DNA of 64,000 bases from Patescibacteria group bacterium (GCA_038064915.1 JBBTSB010000004.1:24874-88873), one strand, 5' to 3'. Shown: positions 8,179-18,484, counted from the first letter of the stretch. Notes: generated from the sequence alone by a model not told the origin. Made by a program: numbers and translations.

Positions 8179-10506
8179 ATGGATATTCCAAAAGAACTAC
8201 CATTAATTCCTCTCAAGAATGTTGTTTTATTTCCCCATGTGGCTATACCACTGTTGGTTCAGCGTCCAAAGTCAATGGGAAGTCTCGCCGAAGCGGTTGG
8301 AAAAGAACAACTTGCTGTTTTTGTTGCACAGAAAAATATCTACGACGACGTAGAACCAAAAGATCTTTTTACCGTGGGAACAGTGGGAAAAATCTTTGAA
8401 GTCCACCGTTTGCCGGACGGTTCTTCAAAGATCGATGTCGAAGGAATTGCGCGAGTACAGATCAAGAATTTTTCGCAGTTCGAACCATTTTTTACTGTTG
8501 AAGTTGAGGCCTTGCCGCAGACGATTCGCCACGATGTAGAAACCGAGGCCCTCATGCGTGCCACGGTAGAACAATTCAAGCAGCTTATTGAGGTTCGCAA
8601 TATGCCGGCCATCTTGCCGGATCTTATGAACATTTTGAATCAGATCAAAGATCCCTACCAAATAGTCTATCTCATTACGATTAATTTAAATCTCGATTTA
8701 AAAGAGCAACAGGAAGTTCTTGAAATCGGCGATGCAGCCGAAGCTTTAAAAAAAATGAATTTCTATATTACCCGTGAATTGGAAATCATTGAAGCAGAAA
8801 AACGGGTAGTCAAAGAAACTCGGAAATCGCTTGGCAAAATGCAAAAAGAGGTTTTCTTACGCGAGCAGATGCGCAGTATCGAAAAAGAGTTGGGCATGGA
8901 TAGTGAAAAAAGCGATATTGATACTATTCGAACGAAAATCAAAGAGGCACAGATGCCCAAGGACGTTGAGACCAAAGCGCTCAAGGAACTTGCTCGATTT
9001 GAAAAAATGCCGCCTTTCAGCCCGGAGATTTCCTATTTACGGACGTACTTAGATTGGCTCGTAGATCTGCCGTGGTCCAAGAAGAGTGGCGGAGAGATTG
9101 AACTTGCTGAAGCTGAAAAAATTCTCAATGAGGACCACTACGGTTTGAAAAAAGCGAAGGAACGTATAATCGAATATCTTGCTGTGCAGAAACAGGTGGG
9201 CAAAATCAAAGGTCCGATCTTGTGTCTTTTTGGTCCTCCCGGTGTAGGAAAGACCTCTATAGGAAAATCAATCGCTCGGGCACTGGGGAGAAAATTTGTC
9301 CGTATTTCCCTCGGCGGTCTTCGCGATGAAGCGGAAATTCGTGGACATCGTCGTACGTACGTGGGAGCGTTGCCGGGGCGCATCATACAGGGCATCAATA
9401 CTGCCGGTACTTCAAACCCCGTCTTTATGCTCGACGAGATAGACAAGGTTGGTGTTGATTTTCGTGGCGATCCCTCGGCCGCTCTTTTGGAGGCACTGGA
9501 TCCCGAGCAAAACTTTGCCTTTTCCGATCACTACCTTGAAGTTCCCTACGACCTGTCGGATGTATTTTTTATCGCAACGGCAAACCAACTCGATACCATC
9601 CCACCTGCACTCCGCGATCGCATGGAAATCATAGAATTTCCCGGCTACACCGAGCATGAAAAGCTCAACATTGCCAAAAACTACCTCATGCCAAAACAAC
9701 TCAAGGAAAACGGACTCAATGCACCGGCGGTTTCCATTGCTGATGCGGCGATTGCTGACGTGATTCGCAAGCATACGCGTGAGGCTGGCGTGCGCGACCT
9801 TGAACGTCAAATCGCAACGATCTTGCGTAAAGTCACTCGGCAAACCGTCGAAAAGAAGATTAAAGGTAAGCTTGCTGTCACGCAAAAAATGCTTCATGGC
9901 TATCTTGGACCCGAAAAATATACCCATCAGATGGCGGAGACAAAAGATGAAGTGGGCGTAGCGACCGGTCTTGCATGGACGCCCGTAGGCGGTGAGGTAC
10001 TTTCCATTGAGGCTTCGAAAATGCCCGGCAAAGGACGTCTTATTCTCACGGGTCATCTCGGGGACGTAATGAAGGAATCCGTAGAAGCTGCGCTCTCGTA
10101 CGCGCGCAGCAAGGCGGCGAGTCTGGGCATCAAGCAGGATTTTTACAAAGAAGATATCCACATCCACGTGCCGTCAGGGGCGATCCGAAAAGACGGCCCA
10201 TCTGCTGGTGTGGCCATGGCAAGCGCTATCATTTCCCTCATGACCAACCGCCCACTACGTAAAGATGTGGCGATGACCGGAGAGATCACTCTTCGTGGAA
10301 AAGTACTTGAAATCGGCGGCGTCAAAGAAAAAGTGCTCGCGGCACATCGTGCCGGTGTGAAGATTGTTATTTTGCCACAGGAGAACAAAAAAGATGTCGA
10401 AGAAGATATTCCGAGAGAAATCCGTCGCGATCTCAAATTTAAATTTGTCAAAACCATCGACAACGTCCTCTCGATCGCGATCAAGAACCATCTCTTTAAA
10501 GCGTAG
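8179..10506 (+). CDS. lon: ATP-dependent Lon protease
   Basis: LON N-domain, GPPGVGKT, RGHRRTYVGALPG, KDGPSAG catalytic Ser, GGVKEK. Confidence 0.99.
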   Translation: MDIPKELPLIPLKNVVLFPHVAIPLLVQRPKSMGSLAEAVGKEQLAVFVAQKNIYDDVEPKDLFTVGTVGKIFEVHRLPDGSSKIDVEGIARVQIKNFSQFEPFFTVEVEALPQTIRHDVETEALMRATVEQFKQLIEVRNMPAILPDLMNILNQIKDPYQIVYLITINLNLDLKEQQEVLEIGDAAEALKKMNFYITRELEIIEAEKRVVKETRKSLGKMQKEVFLREQMRSIEKELGMDSEKSDIDTIRTKIKEAQMPKDVETKALKELARFEKMPPFSPEISYLRTYLDWLVDLPWSKKSGGEIELAEAEKILNEDHYGLKKAKERIIEYLAVQKQVGKIKGPILCLFGPPGVGKTSIGKSIARALGRKFVRISLGGLRDEAEIRGHRRTYVGALPGRIIQGINTAGTSNPVFMLDEIDKVGVDFRGDPSAALLEALDPEQNFAFSDHYLEVPYDLSDVFFIATANQLDTIPPALRDRMEIIEFPGYTEHEKLNIAKNYLMPKQLKENGLNAPAVSIADAAIADVIRKHTREAGVRDLERQIATILRKVTRQTVEKKIKGKLAVTQKMLHGYLGPEKYTHQMAETKDEVGVATGLAWTPVGGEVLSIEASKMPGKGRLILTGHLGDVMKESVEAALSYARSKAASLGIKQDFYKEDIHIHVPSGAIRKDGPSAGVAMASAIISLMTNRPLRKDVAMTGEITLRGKVLEIGGVKEKVLAAHRAGVKIVILPQENKKDVEEDIPREIRRDLKFKFVKTIDNVLSIAIKNHLFKA

Positions 10507-10705
10507 TTGCTTTATCCATATTTCTCAAAAAGATTCATTGCCGATTCTTTCTCATGTCAGCTGGGCAAAGGAACTCACCGAGCCCTCAATAGATTCAGGT
10601 TGGGTACACTTTACAGATCATCGGGTGTTGAGGACAGCAACAAAACGTAGAGTATTCAAGCAAAATCAATTTGACGCTCTTTGGGGACGGAGCTACAATA
10701 GAGAC

Positions 10706-10807
10706 ATGAAGAAAAAAATGACCATCGAGGATTTAGCACGAATGCATGTTTTGGCAAAAAAAGTTGATAGAAGAGAAATCTTAGAACTAAAACATAAAAT
10801 TGCATGA
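10706..10807 (+). CDS. 33-aa leaderless peptide, probably a truncated small coiled-coil protein
   Basis: TTGACG-17-TACAAT-6 nt-ATG; MKKKMTIEDLARM...; ATGA overlap with the mgtC-family gene. Confidence 0.55.
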   Translation: MKKKMTIEDLARMHVLAKKVDRREILELKHKIA

Positions 10808-11247
10808 TTGAACTCATCGTTCTCAAGCGGCTACTGATGGCGCTTCTCCTCGGGGCGATTATTGGGTATGAACGACAGCGTGCGCATAAAGCGGCCGGGT
10901 TGCGGACGCATATGCTCGTGTGTGTTTCCACAGCGCTCGTTACCATAGTTGCGATGTATGCGTTCGAAGAAATGGGCGGTGCTAATCCAGAATCGAGCGC
11001 GCGTATAATTTCGGGCATTTTGACCGGAATCGGATTTATTGGTGGAGGCGCAATTCTGCGGAATGAGTCGCGAGTTTCCGGCTTGACCACGGCGGCCAGT
11101 CTTCTAACCGTCGCAACGATCGGTATCGCGGTCGGTGTCGGGTTTACCTATGCAGCGATTGCGGTGACGCTTGTGAGCTATATCATCTTGACGTTGTTTT
11201 GGCGTATTGAGTCGAAGATTGAAGGCTATGAATCTCGGGATGAATAA
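10804..11247 (+). CDS. MgtC/SapB family membrane protein
   Basis: IGYER, AGLRTHMLV, GIGFIGGGAIL, GLTTAAS. Confidence 0.93.
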   Translation: MIELIVLKRLLMALLLGAIIGYERQRAHKAAGLRTHMLVCVSTALVTIVAMYAFEEMGGANPESSARIISGILTGIGFIGGGAILRNESRVSGLTTAASLLTVATIGIAVGVGFTYAAIAVTLVSYIILTLFWRIESKIEGYESRDE

Positions 11248-12367
11248 TTTTTGGTACGCAGTTGCCCTGCTCGTTGCTTCTATCATTGGCATAGGTTTTT
11301 TTGGCATACCGTACACCTTTGCGCAGACGGGATTTGGCATCAGCTTGATTATTTTTGTTGTGTTGACTGGTCTTGTTTTGCTTACGAGTCTGTTGTACGG
11401 AGAGGTCATCTTGCGGACACATAGCCGGCATCAATTTGTCGGTTTTGTACACGCCTATCTTGGGCCTTGGGCTCGCCGCATCAACCTCTTTACGTTTTGG
11501 GTTTCCGTTTATGGAGCTATTATCGGTATTTTGATTATTAACGGGCAGTTTTTGAGCACCATCATCGGCTCATTTGGTTTTCACATGAGTCCGGTTGCAC
11601 TCAGCATGGTGTTCTTGATACTTGCCACCATACTTGTATATGCGGGATTAAAAACTGTTTCTCATGTTGATTTTTTTGTGATGGTGGCCGCCATTGCGAT
11701 CATCCTGCTTCTGGTCATTGTGGGTATGCCGGAAATCAAGGCCGATCATTTTACGTTCGCCACCGGACTTCCTTGGTTTTTACCCTTTGGCGTGATTCTT
11801 TTTTCTCTCAATGGAACTCAGGGAATTCCTCTGGTTCGTGAAGCTCTCATTGGTAGAGAGCATTTATTTCGGCGGGCGCTTATGTATGGAACGCTTATTC
11901 CCGCTGGTGCTTACTTGATGTTCACGATTGCTGTTTTGGGTATCTCCGGTCCGGGAACCGTTCCCGAAGGAATTCCCGGTCTTGTCGGACATCTCGGGTC
12001 ATGGGTTGTTGTCATAGGGTCGCTTTTTGGCTTTCTGACATCATCAACTATTTTTCTGAGCATTGTCACTGCATTTCGTACCTCGCTTCGAGAAGATCTT
12101 CATTTGCGACGGCGGGGAGATTTTTTACTACCGCTTCTTCCGCCGGTGATTTTGTTTTTGCTTGGTGTGCAAAACTTTATTGAAATCATTGGTCTCGTTG
12201 GAGGAGTGGCAGTGAGCATTGATATGATCTTGCTCCTGTTCGTATACGCAAAAGCAAAAGATCATGGCACGCGCATTCCCGAATATTCCATGAATATCCC
12301 AAATTCTGTGCTCTATGGTATGATGCTCTTGTTCGCATGTGGCGCACTCTACACACTTATTGCTTGA
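11240..12367 (+). CDS. Aromatic amino acid transporter family protein (TyrP/Mtr-like)
   Basis: IIGIGFFGIPY, LYGEVILRT, LPFGVILFSL; about 11 TM segments; start at ATG 11240. Confidence 0.8.
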   Translation: MNNFWYAVALLVASIIGIGFFGIPYTFAQTGFGISLIIFVVLTGLVLLTSLLYGEVILRTHSRHQFVGFVHAYLGPWARRINLFTFWVSVYGAIIGILIINGQFLSTIIGSFGFHMSPVALSMVFLILATILVYAGLKTVSHVDFFVMVAAIAIILLLVIVGMPEIKADHFTFATGLPWFLPFGVILFSLNGTQGIPLVREALIGREHLFRRALMYGTLIPAGAYLMFTIAVLGISGPGTVPEGIPGLVGHLGSWVVVIGSLFGFLTSSTIFLSIVTAFRTSLREDLHLRRRGDFLLPLLPPVILFLLGVQNFIEIIGLVGGVAVSIDMILLLFVYAKAKDHGTRIPEYSMNIPNSVLYGMMLLFACGALYTLIA

Positions 12368-13530
12368 GGTGGTTATTTCCGGTATTCGTTTTTTCCGTGC
12401 CTTTTCAGGCGCGTTTTGTTCTTGGATCGTGGACGCAACCCTTCAATGAATGGACGAGCGCGTTTTTGTGGGGAACGGATATTTTATTTGTTCTTCTCAT
12501 AATTTTCAATTTCCAATTTTCAATTTCCAAAAAAGACTTGTTGCTGTTTGCCTTTTTGGCAATCGCGGCGATTTCTATTTCCCAGGCTCTCATTCCCGCT
12601 GTTTCATGGTATCGGTTTGCGAAATTGCTTGAATACATACTTCTTTTTTTCTTCGTGCGGCAGCAAAAGCTTTCTCCACTCGTATACAAGGCCGTTGTGG
12701 CTTCAGCTCTATTGCAATCGCTGATCGCCATCGTCCAATATGTCGTTCAACATGATCTTGGCTTGCGCCTCCTTGGCGAGAGTGTACTTGATCCCCATGG
12801 TCAAGGCGTTGCGGTGGTCGCTGCAAATTCTCAGACGTACCTTCGCGCCTATGGCACGACGCCACATCCCAATATTCTTGCAACATGGCTCATGCTGGGA
12901 ATTTGGGCTCTGTGGGCATGGAGGCCAAAATGGCACCTATTCGTACTTCCTGTTTTGCTTGTTTCACTATTTCTGACTTTTTCCCGCACTGCCATCGCCG
13001 TGTGGGTCTTGTGTTCGATGATTATGTGGTTCTTTCACCGTCGAGACCCTCTCAAGATCATTGCGGTCACCGCTGTAGTTGGTTTTCTTTTCGCAATCAG
13101 TTTTTGGCCTCAAGTGTATTCTCGTTTACATATTTCTTCTAGCGATGAAGCTGTTTCGCAAAGAGTATTTTACAATGATATAGCCGGAAAAAATATACTA
13201 ACCGTTGGCAACGGCATTGGCCAGTTTGTTCCAAATCTTATGCAGAAGCTTCCTCTCTATCCTGATTTTATCTACCAGCCTGCGCACAATATGTTCTTGC
13301 TCATGATGAACGAAATAGGAATTTTGGGATTGGCAACTTTTTTACTATGGCTTTTTGTTGCTGTTCGGAAGTCTCACGTCTTGTTGGCAATTATCTTGTT
13401 GGCGGTATTTGATCACTATTTTTGGACACTTCAGCAAGGGGGATTAATCATGTGGGGATTGTTGGGATTTTTTGTTCGTGATAGAATACAAGAGCCAACT
13501 TATGAGCAAGAAAATCCTTCTATTTCCTAG
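12364..13530 (+). CDS. O-antigen ligase family protein
   Basis: RAYGTTPHPNILA, LTFSRTA, GNGIGQF, QPAHN...EIGILG. Confidence 0.85.
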   Translation: MRWLFPVFVFSVPFQARFVLGSWTQPFNEWTSAFLWGTDILFVLLIIFNFQFSISKKDLLLFAFLAIAAISISQALIPAVSWYRFAKLLEYILLFFFVRQQKLSPLVYKAVVASALLQSLIAIVQYVVQHDLGLRLLGESVLDPHGQGVAVVAANSQTYLRAYGTTPHPNILATWLMLGIWALWAWRPKWHLFVLPVLLVSLFLTFSRTAIAVWVLCSMIMWFFHRRDPLKIIAVTAVVGFLFAISFWPQVYSRLHISSSDEAVSQRVFYNDIAGKNILTVGNGIGQFVPNLMQKLPLYPDFIYQPAHNMFLLMMNEIGILGLATFLLWLFVAVRKSHVLLAIILLAVFDHYFWTLQQGGLIMWGLLGFFVRDRIQEPTYEQENPSIS

Positions 13531-14278
13531 TGTTTTCTTCTTTTTTGTGGTTTCCGTTTCTTCCGCGCAAGCAGCATCGGACTCCAACCGGTATCTCATC
13601 CACTCTTCAAGTAGTTTTTCTCGAAAAGCTTTGGGAACCGTTCGCCATGATTTTGGCGATAGCTTTAGCGTCGAACTCAACGGTTTTCAGTTTCGCATGG
13701 CCAAAATGCTCAAGCTAGATATTGAAAAAGTTCCGGCTCTGTATATTTCGGCTCACGGTAATGGCCAAGCAACGACTGCAATCGTTGCATCTGATACTAT
13801 AGTAGACGTTGCCGTGCTTGACACGGCGACTTCCCACGGCATTTCTGTCATGGATATCATCGGTGAACGCTCCCGTTTGTATGAAGTGTGCAATAGTCGT
13901 GGTGTTTGTTTTGCCGATGATGTTGCGGTCGCAATCAGAAATGCTGTTCATGATGGAGCAGACGTTATCAATATGAGTTTTGGGGCGGAAGACGCAAACG
14001 ATCTTATGGATGCCGCTATTAATGCTGCTGCACGCGAAGGAGTATTGCTTGTTGCAGCCGCAGGAAATAATGGACCATTTCTCGACACAGTAGAGTATCC
14101 CGCAAGCCACCCCTCGGTCGTTTCCGTGGGAGCGCTTACCCGTGAAGGTGATGTGGCAGAATGGAGTTCTCGAGGGGATGTGGACGTTTGGGAAATAGGT
14201 GAATATGAAAATGTTGCCGGAACTTCAATTGCTTCAGCATACTTCACCGCGCGCCAAGTTCATCTTTTGGAACAATGA
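13502..14278 (+). CDS. Secreted minimal S8 (subtilisin-like) serine peptidase
   Basis: Signal peptide; VAVLDT (Asp), SHG (His), VINMSFG, AAAGNNG, YPA, GTSIA (Ser). Confidence 0.85.
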   Translation: MSKKILLFPSVFFFFVVSVSSAQAASDSNRYLIHSSSSFSRKALGTVRHDFGDSFSVELNGFQFRMAKMLKLDIEKVPALYISAHGNGQATTAIVASDTIVDVAVLDTATSHGISVMDIIGERSRLYEVCNSRGVCFADDVAVAIRNAVHDGADVINMSFGAEDANDLMDAAINAAAREGVLLVAAAGNNGPFLDTVEYPASHPSVVSVGALTREGDVAEWSSRGDVDVWEIGEYENVAGTSIASAYFTARQVHLLEQ

Positions 14279-14931
14279 TAAATCGAGTCATACGATACCT
14301 TATCGCTTATGACTTTGTGCTCAACTTTGCGTTTGGGCTTTTGTCGCCGATTTTTGCTATTTTTGTATTGCAAAGAATCGCAGGTGATAATATTCGTGTT
14401 GTCGGCACGGCCATAAGTATTTACTGGCTTGCTCGTATTCTTTCCACGACACCACTTTCTCGTTTTATGGATAAAACCGACGGGGAACGCGACGAGTTTT
14501 ACTTTACGATCATTGGTACAATCATCACCTCCACGGTACCGATTCTCCTCATTTTTGCCGATGTACCCTGGCATCTGTATCTCATCCAATTCATCCATGG
14601 ACTTTCAAACTCCATGGCGGTGCCGGGATGGCGGATTTTGTTTACTGATCATATTGATAAAGACAAAGTCGGTTACGAGTGGTCGGTTGAAGATATTGCC
14701 ATTGGTATTGCAGTGGGTTCGAGTGGTTACCTTGGCGCATTGCTGGCCGACAAATTTGGATTTGAGACGGTACTCATATTGCTAGCAGGCCTTGGCTACA
14801 TGGCGGCAATCTTGCTGGTTCCGCTGTCGCCGGAATTTAAGCGTCTCAAGGAACTCCGCCGCGAACATCGCATGGCCGATATCCGTCACCGCAGGGAGCA
14901 TGCTGTACATCCATCGCATCACGTGAAATAA
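14275..14931 (+). CDS. Half-size (about 6 TM) MFS-like transporter
   Basis: GLLSPIFAIF, SRFMDK, LADKFGF; 218 aa with a His-rich tail. Confidence 0.75.
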   Translation: MINRVIRYLIAYDFVLNFAFGLLSPIFAIFVLQRIAGDNIRVVGTAISIYWLARILSTTPLSRFMDKTDGERDEFYFTIIGTIITSTVPILLIFADVPWHLYLIQFIHGLSNSMAVPGWRILFTDHIDKDKVGYEWSVEDIAIGIAVGSSGYLGALLADKFGFETVLILLAGLGYMAAILLVPLSPEFKRLKELRREHRMADIRHRREHAVHPSHHVK

Positions 14932-14939
14932 TTTATATT

Positions 14940-15944
14940 ATGGCTTTTCGGATTATGCTTGCTGGCGGGGGGAGTGGGGGACATGTATATCCTCTTGTTG
15001 CCATTGCTGAAGAAATCAAACGTCTTGCGCCGGAGTACCACAAGCATGTTCGCATGCGGTTTATTGGCGACGGCGTTCTCTTGGCGCAGGAGGCGAAAAA
15101 AACTGGTGTTTCATGTTGTTTGATCCTTGCACCGAAATGGCGACGCTACAAAAGTGGTAAAAATTTTTTGGATATTCTCAAAGTCCCTGTCGCACTTCTT
15201 CAATCTCTTTTTTATGTTTGGACCTACATGCCCGATGTCATGCTCGTAAAGGGCGGTTATGCGGCATTTTTTCCGGCACTTGCGGCTCGGCTCATGTTTA
15301 TCCCTCTGGTGGTGCATGAGTCGGACTCTGTCCCCGGCAAAACAAACGCCTACTGGGGGCGACATGCGCGGCGCGTATTTGTCTCATTTGAGCATGCGGC
15401 GCAATTTTTTTCCTCCGGACAGGCGGAACTCGTCGGGCAACCAATTCGTCACGAATTTCGTGCTCTTCCTGCAATAAAGCCCCATGACAAGCCCATTGTC
15501 TTTGTTACGGGAGGGAGTCAAGGCGCGCAGGCCATCAACGAAATTGTTGACCTAGCTATGGCGGAACTTTCCAAGTCTTTCCATGTCATTCATCAGCGTG
15601 ATGGATCCTGGGATGCAGAGCAAATGGCCCAGGCTTATGCGGATGCGGATGTCATCGTATCGCGCGCAGGATCGGCAATATTTGAAATCGCAGCCGTTGG
15701 AAAACCCGCCGTTCTGATTCCCCTCGATGGCTCCGCACAACAACACCAGCTTTTCAATGCGGAGGAATTTTCCGGGCATGGTGCGATTGTGGTTCCGCAA
15801 GCCAACCTTCAACCCCACATCCTCATCCATGAGATCCAGCGGGCTTATGATGAGAGGGAAAAGCGAAGCCTCGCGATAAGAGCTTTTGCAAAGCCCGACG
15901 CCGCAATGATCATAGCAAAAGAACTTCTTACCGCACGACGATGA
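14940..15944 (+). CDS. murG: MurG glycosyltransferase
   Basis: GGGSGGHVYP, KGGY, HESDSVPGKTN, GGSQGA, SRAGS. Confidence 0.93.
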   Translation: MAFRIMLAGGGSGGHVYPLVAIAEEIKRLAPEYHKHVRMRFIGDGVLLAQEAKKTGVSCCLILAPKWRRYKSGKNFLDILKVPVALLQSLFYVWTYMPDVMLVKGGYAAFFPALAARLMFIPLVVHESDSVPGKTNAYWGRHARRVFVSFEHAAQFFSSGQAELVGQPIRHEFRALPAIKPHDKPIVFVTGGSQGAQAINEIVDLAMAELSKSFHVIHQRDGSWDAEQMAQAYADADVIVSRAGSAIFEIAAVGKPAVLIPLDGSAQQHQLFNAEEFSGHGAIVVPQANLQPHILIHEIQRAYDEREKRSLAIRAFAKPDAAMIIAKELLTARR

Positions 15945-16681
15945 CTATCCTAGGATTCAATACCATTGCCCTTTCGCCTGGATCCTATCTTTTTCATGGA
16001 CAGGAAATGATTGGGAAAAAGTCGTTCTCGCTGCAGCTTGCACGTGATCTTGCTGATTCTGCCGACATCATCATGGTGCAATCTGATATTGATTCTGTGA
16101 GGGAGATGAAGCGTTTTCTATCATTGAGCCCTCTCAATGGCGATTACAAAATCGCGATTGTTGACAATGCGCATAACATGCAAGAAGAAGCGCAAAACGC
16201 GCTGCTCAAAATTCTCGAAGAACCAACCGCGAGCTCTATTCTCATTCTTATTTCTTCACAACCCGAATCTTTACTCCAAACAATTACATCTCGTTGCCGA
16301 CAGATATTTTTTCCTCCCCACAAACCGGAAACAGTACGTGCGTTTTTGAAAGAAAGGTCATTCACCAAAGAACAGGAAGATTTTTTGGTGCAGTTTTGTA
16401 ACGGAAGTATCGGCCTTTTGGCGAATCAGGAAAATATCAAGGAATTCATTCAGGAATATAGTGTCCTTGCAAAAGCTACGCTTGATCAAAAGTTTACGCT
16501 TGCCAAAAAACTCGCGGACGACGAGAAGCTTCAGCAAAAAATTCTCTATTGGATGCTCTACTTGCGATCAAAAAACATCTACAAGCCGTTACAAGGACTT
16601 CTCGCGCTTCACAAGACTATCTCGCAACCACAATTCAATAAGCAATTGGCTTTAGAAAATTTTATGCTACAGTTATTATGA
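15941..16681 (+). CDS. holB: DNA polymerase III delta' subunit
   Basis: YLFHGQEMIGK, AQNALLKILEEP, TITSRC. Confidence 0.85.
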   Translation: MTILGFNTIALSPGSYLFHGQEMIGKKSFSLQLARDLADSADIIMVQSDIDSVREMKRFLSLSPLNGDYKIAIVDNAHNMQEEAQNALLKILEEPTASSILILISSQPESLLQTITSRCRQIFFPPHKPETVRAFLKERSFTKEQEDFLVQFCNGSIGLLANQENIKEFIQEYSVLAKATLDQKFTLAKKLADDEKLQQKILYWMLYLRSKNIYKPLQGLLALHKTISQPQFNKQLALENFMLQLL

Positions 16682-17196
16682 TGGACAAAACCAAATTTGA
16701 TCATATAGTAGATTTTTATAAATCGGACATCTCTTCGGTTCGTACGGGCCGTGCGACGCCGGCGCTCGTCGAGGATGTCGCAGTAGATGCGTACGGACAA
16801 AAAATGACCATCAAAGAGCTAGCTTCAATCAGTACGCCGGAGCCGCGCACGGTGGTAATTCAACCGTGGGACAAGGGCGTCCTGGAGAATATTGTTTCCG
16901 GCATTCAGAAGAGTAGTGTTGGGCTTGCCCCGATCGTGGACGGCGACCTCATCCGACTCTCCGTTCCTGCGCTTACCGAGGAGCGGCGAAAAGAGTTTAT
17001 CAAGATCGTCAAGCAGAAAACAGAAGAAGCGAAAATCAAAATCCGCCGTGTTCGCGAGGAACTACACAAGTCATTTGATGACATGAGCAAGGATGAAGCG
17101 TTCCGCGCAAAAGAAGATCTCCAAAAAATCGTGGACGAATACAATCACAAACTCGAAGAACTCGAAAAGAAAAAAGAATGGGAGTTGATGCAATGA
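16678..17196 (+). CDS. frr: Ribosome recycling factor
   Basis: RTGRATP, IQPWD, LTEERRKE, IRRVR. Confidence 0.97.
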   Translation: MMDKTKFDHIVDFYKSDISSVRTGRATPALVEDVAVDAYGQKMTIKELASISTPEPRTVVIQPWDKGVLENIVSGIQKSSVGLAPIVDGDLIRLSVPALTEERRKEFIKIVKQKTEEAKIKIRRVREELHKSFDDMSKDEAFRAKEDLQKIVDEYNHKLEELEKKKEWELMQ

Positions 17197-17239
17197 CATC
17201 GAGTTTGACTCGGTGTTTTTGTTTGGCGTATAATGCATC

Positions 17240-17485
17240 ATGCACAAGATTAATAGGAAAACGAGGGTAGAAGTGTTGCTAGAGCAAAATAATAGCGATA
17301 TCAAAGCTGTTCTTGAATATGTAAGCATACTTCCTGGAATGAAAAAGACTTTGGATCAACACACTAAACAGCTCGAGAAAATTACTGATGACGTAGAGGC
17401 AATTAAGGTGGGTCAGAAAGGGTTTGAAGAGCGATTGACGAAGGTTGAAACAAAACTCGAACGCCGTTTGCTGAAAACGGCATGA
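17240..17485 (+). CDS. Small coiled-coil hypothetical protein
   Basis: TTGACT-18-TATAAT-5 nt-ATG; heptad pattern, ERLTKVE. Confidence 0.75.
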   Translation: MHKINRKTRVEVLLEQNNSDIKAVLEYVSILPGMKKTLDQHTKQLEKITDDVEAIKVGQKGFEERLTKVETKLERRLLKTA

Positions 17486-18483
17486 CCGTTCTTATTTTTC
17501 TCATCGTTTTGTCGGTGATCATTTTTGTCCACGAGTTGGGGCATTTTGTGATGGCGAAGCGGGCGGGGATGAAAGTCGAAGAATTTGGATTTGGATTCCC
17601 ACCGCGACTGTGGGGGTACAAGCCGAAAGACAGCGAGACGACCTATACTATTAATGCGATCCCGTTCGGTGGGTTTGTAAAAATTCTCGGAGAAGACGGA
17701 GAATCCAAAGACAACCGTAGTTTCACGGCAAAAAAGTTCTGGCCGCGCGTCAGCGTCATCATTGCCGGCGTGGTGATGAATTTTCTCCTCGCCGCCGTGC
17801 TCTTTAGTATCGTGAATGGTATTGGTAGCGAAGCAAAAATATTAATCACTGCCGTTGCAAAAGACAGCCCCGCGTATACCGCCGGAATTCGCATGGGTGA
17901 TGAACTCATTGGGTTTGAGAGCATTGACGCTGTGCAGTATTATATTGCTCAACACAAAGGTGAGGAAATCACACTTCAACTCTCACGTGGTTCGGTAAAG
18001 CTCACACCTCGTGAAAATCCACCTCCCGGGGAAGGCGCAATCGGTATTGCATTTACCAAAACGGAAGCAGTTTCCTATTCCTGGTATGAATCTATTGTGT
18101 TTGGCTTTCGAGACGCGGCGGTGGGTGTATGGATGATTCTCAAGGGATTTGGGACGATTATAAAAAATCTGTTTATCACGGGCAAGGCGGGAGTGGAGCT
18201 TGCCGGTCCGGTGGGAATCGCGATTATTTCCGGTCAGGCCGCACGTTTAGGCTTGGTCTATTTGCTTCAATTTGTTGCCGTCATTTCACTGAATCTTGCG
18301 GTTATCAACATTGTTCCATTTCCGGCTCTGGACGGTGGACGGTTGCTGTTTCTGATCATAGAAAAAATCAAAGGCAGTCCGCTTCCCAAACGCCTCGAGA
18401 ACGGCTTTAACACCGTTGGCTTTATTTTCCTCCTGCTCCTGATGTTTTATATTACGACAAAGGATGTGCTAAAATTCTTCTAG
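17482..18483 (+). CDS. rseP: RIP metalloprotease RseP (site-2 protease)
   Basis: HELGH, GFGFPP, AGVVMN, PDZ-like segment, NIVPFPALDGG. Confidence 0.95.
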   Translation: MTVLIFLIVLSVIIFVHELGHFVMAKRAGMKVEEFGFGFPPRLWGYKPKDSETTYTINAIPFGGFVKILGEDGESKDNRSFTAKKFWPRVSVIIAGVVMNFLLAAVLFSIVNGIGSEAKILITAVAKDSPAYTAGIRMGDELIGFESIDAVQYYIAQHKGEEITLQLSRGSVKLTPRENPPPGEGAIGIAFTKTEAVSYSWYESIVFGFRDAAVGVWMILKGFGTIIKNLFITGKAGVELAGPVGIAIISGQAARLGLVYLLQFVAVISLNLAVINIVPFPALDGGRLLFLIIEKIKGSPLPKRLENGFNTVGFIFLLLLMFYITTKDVLKFF

Positions 18484-18484
18484 T

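Noticed and set aside
9412-10167. Long antisense ORFs inside lon, groEL (38920-39807) and gpmI (58298-59308)
   Set aside because: They shadow well-identified genes and have no motifs or expression signals.
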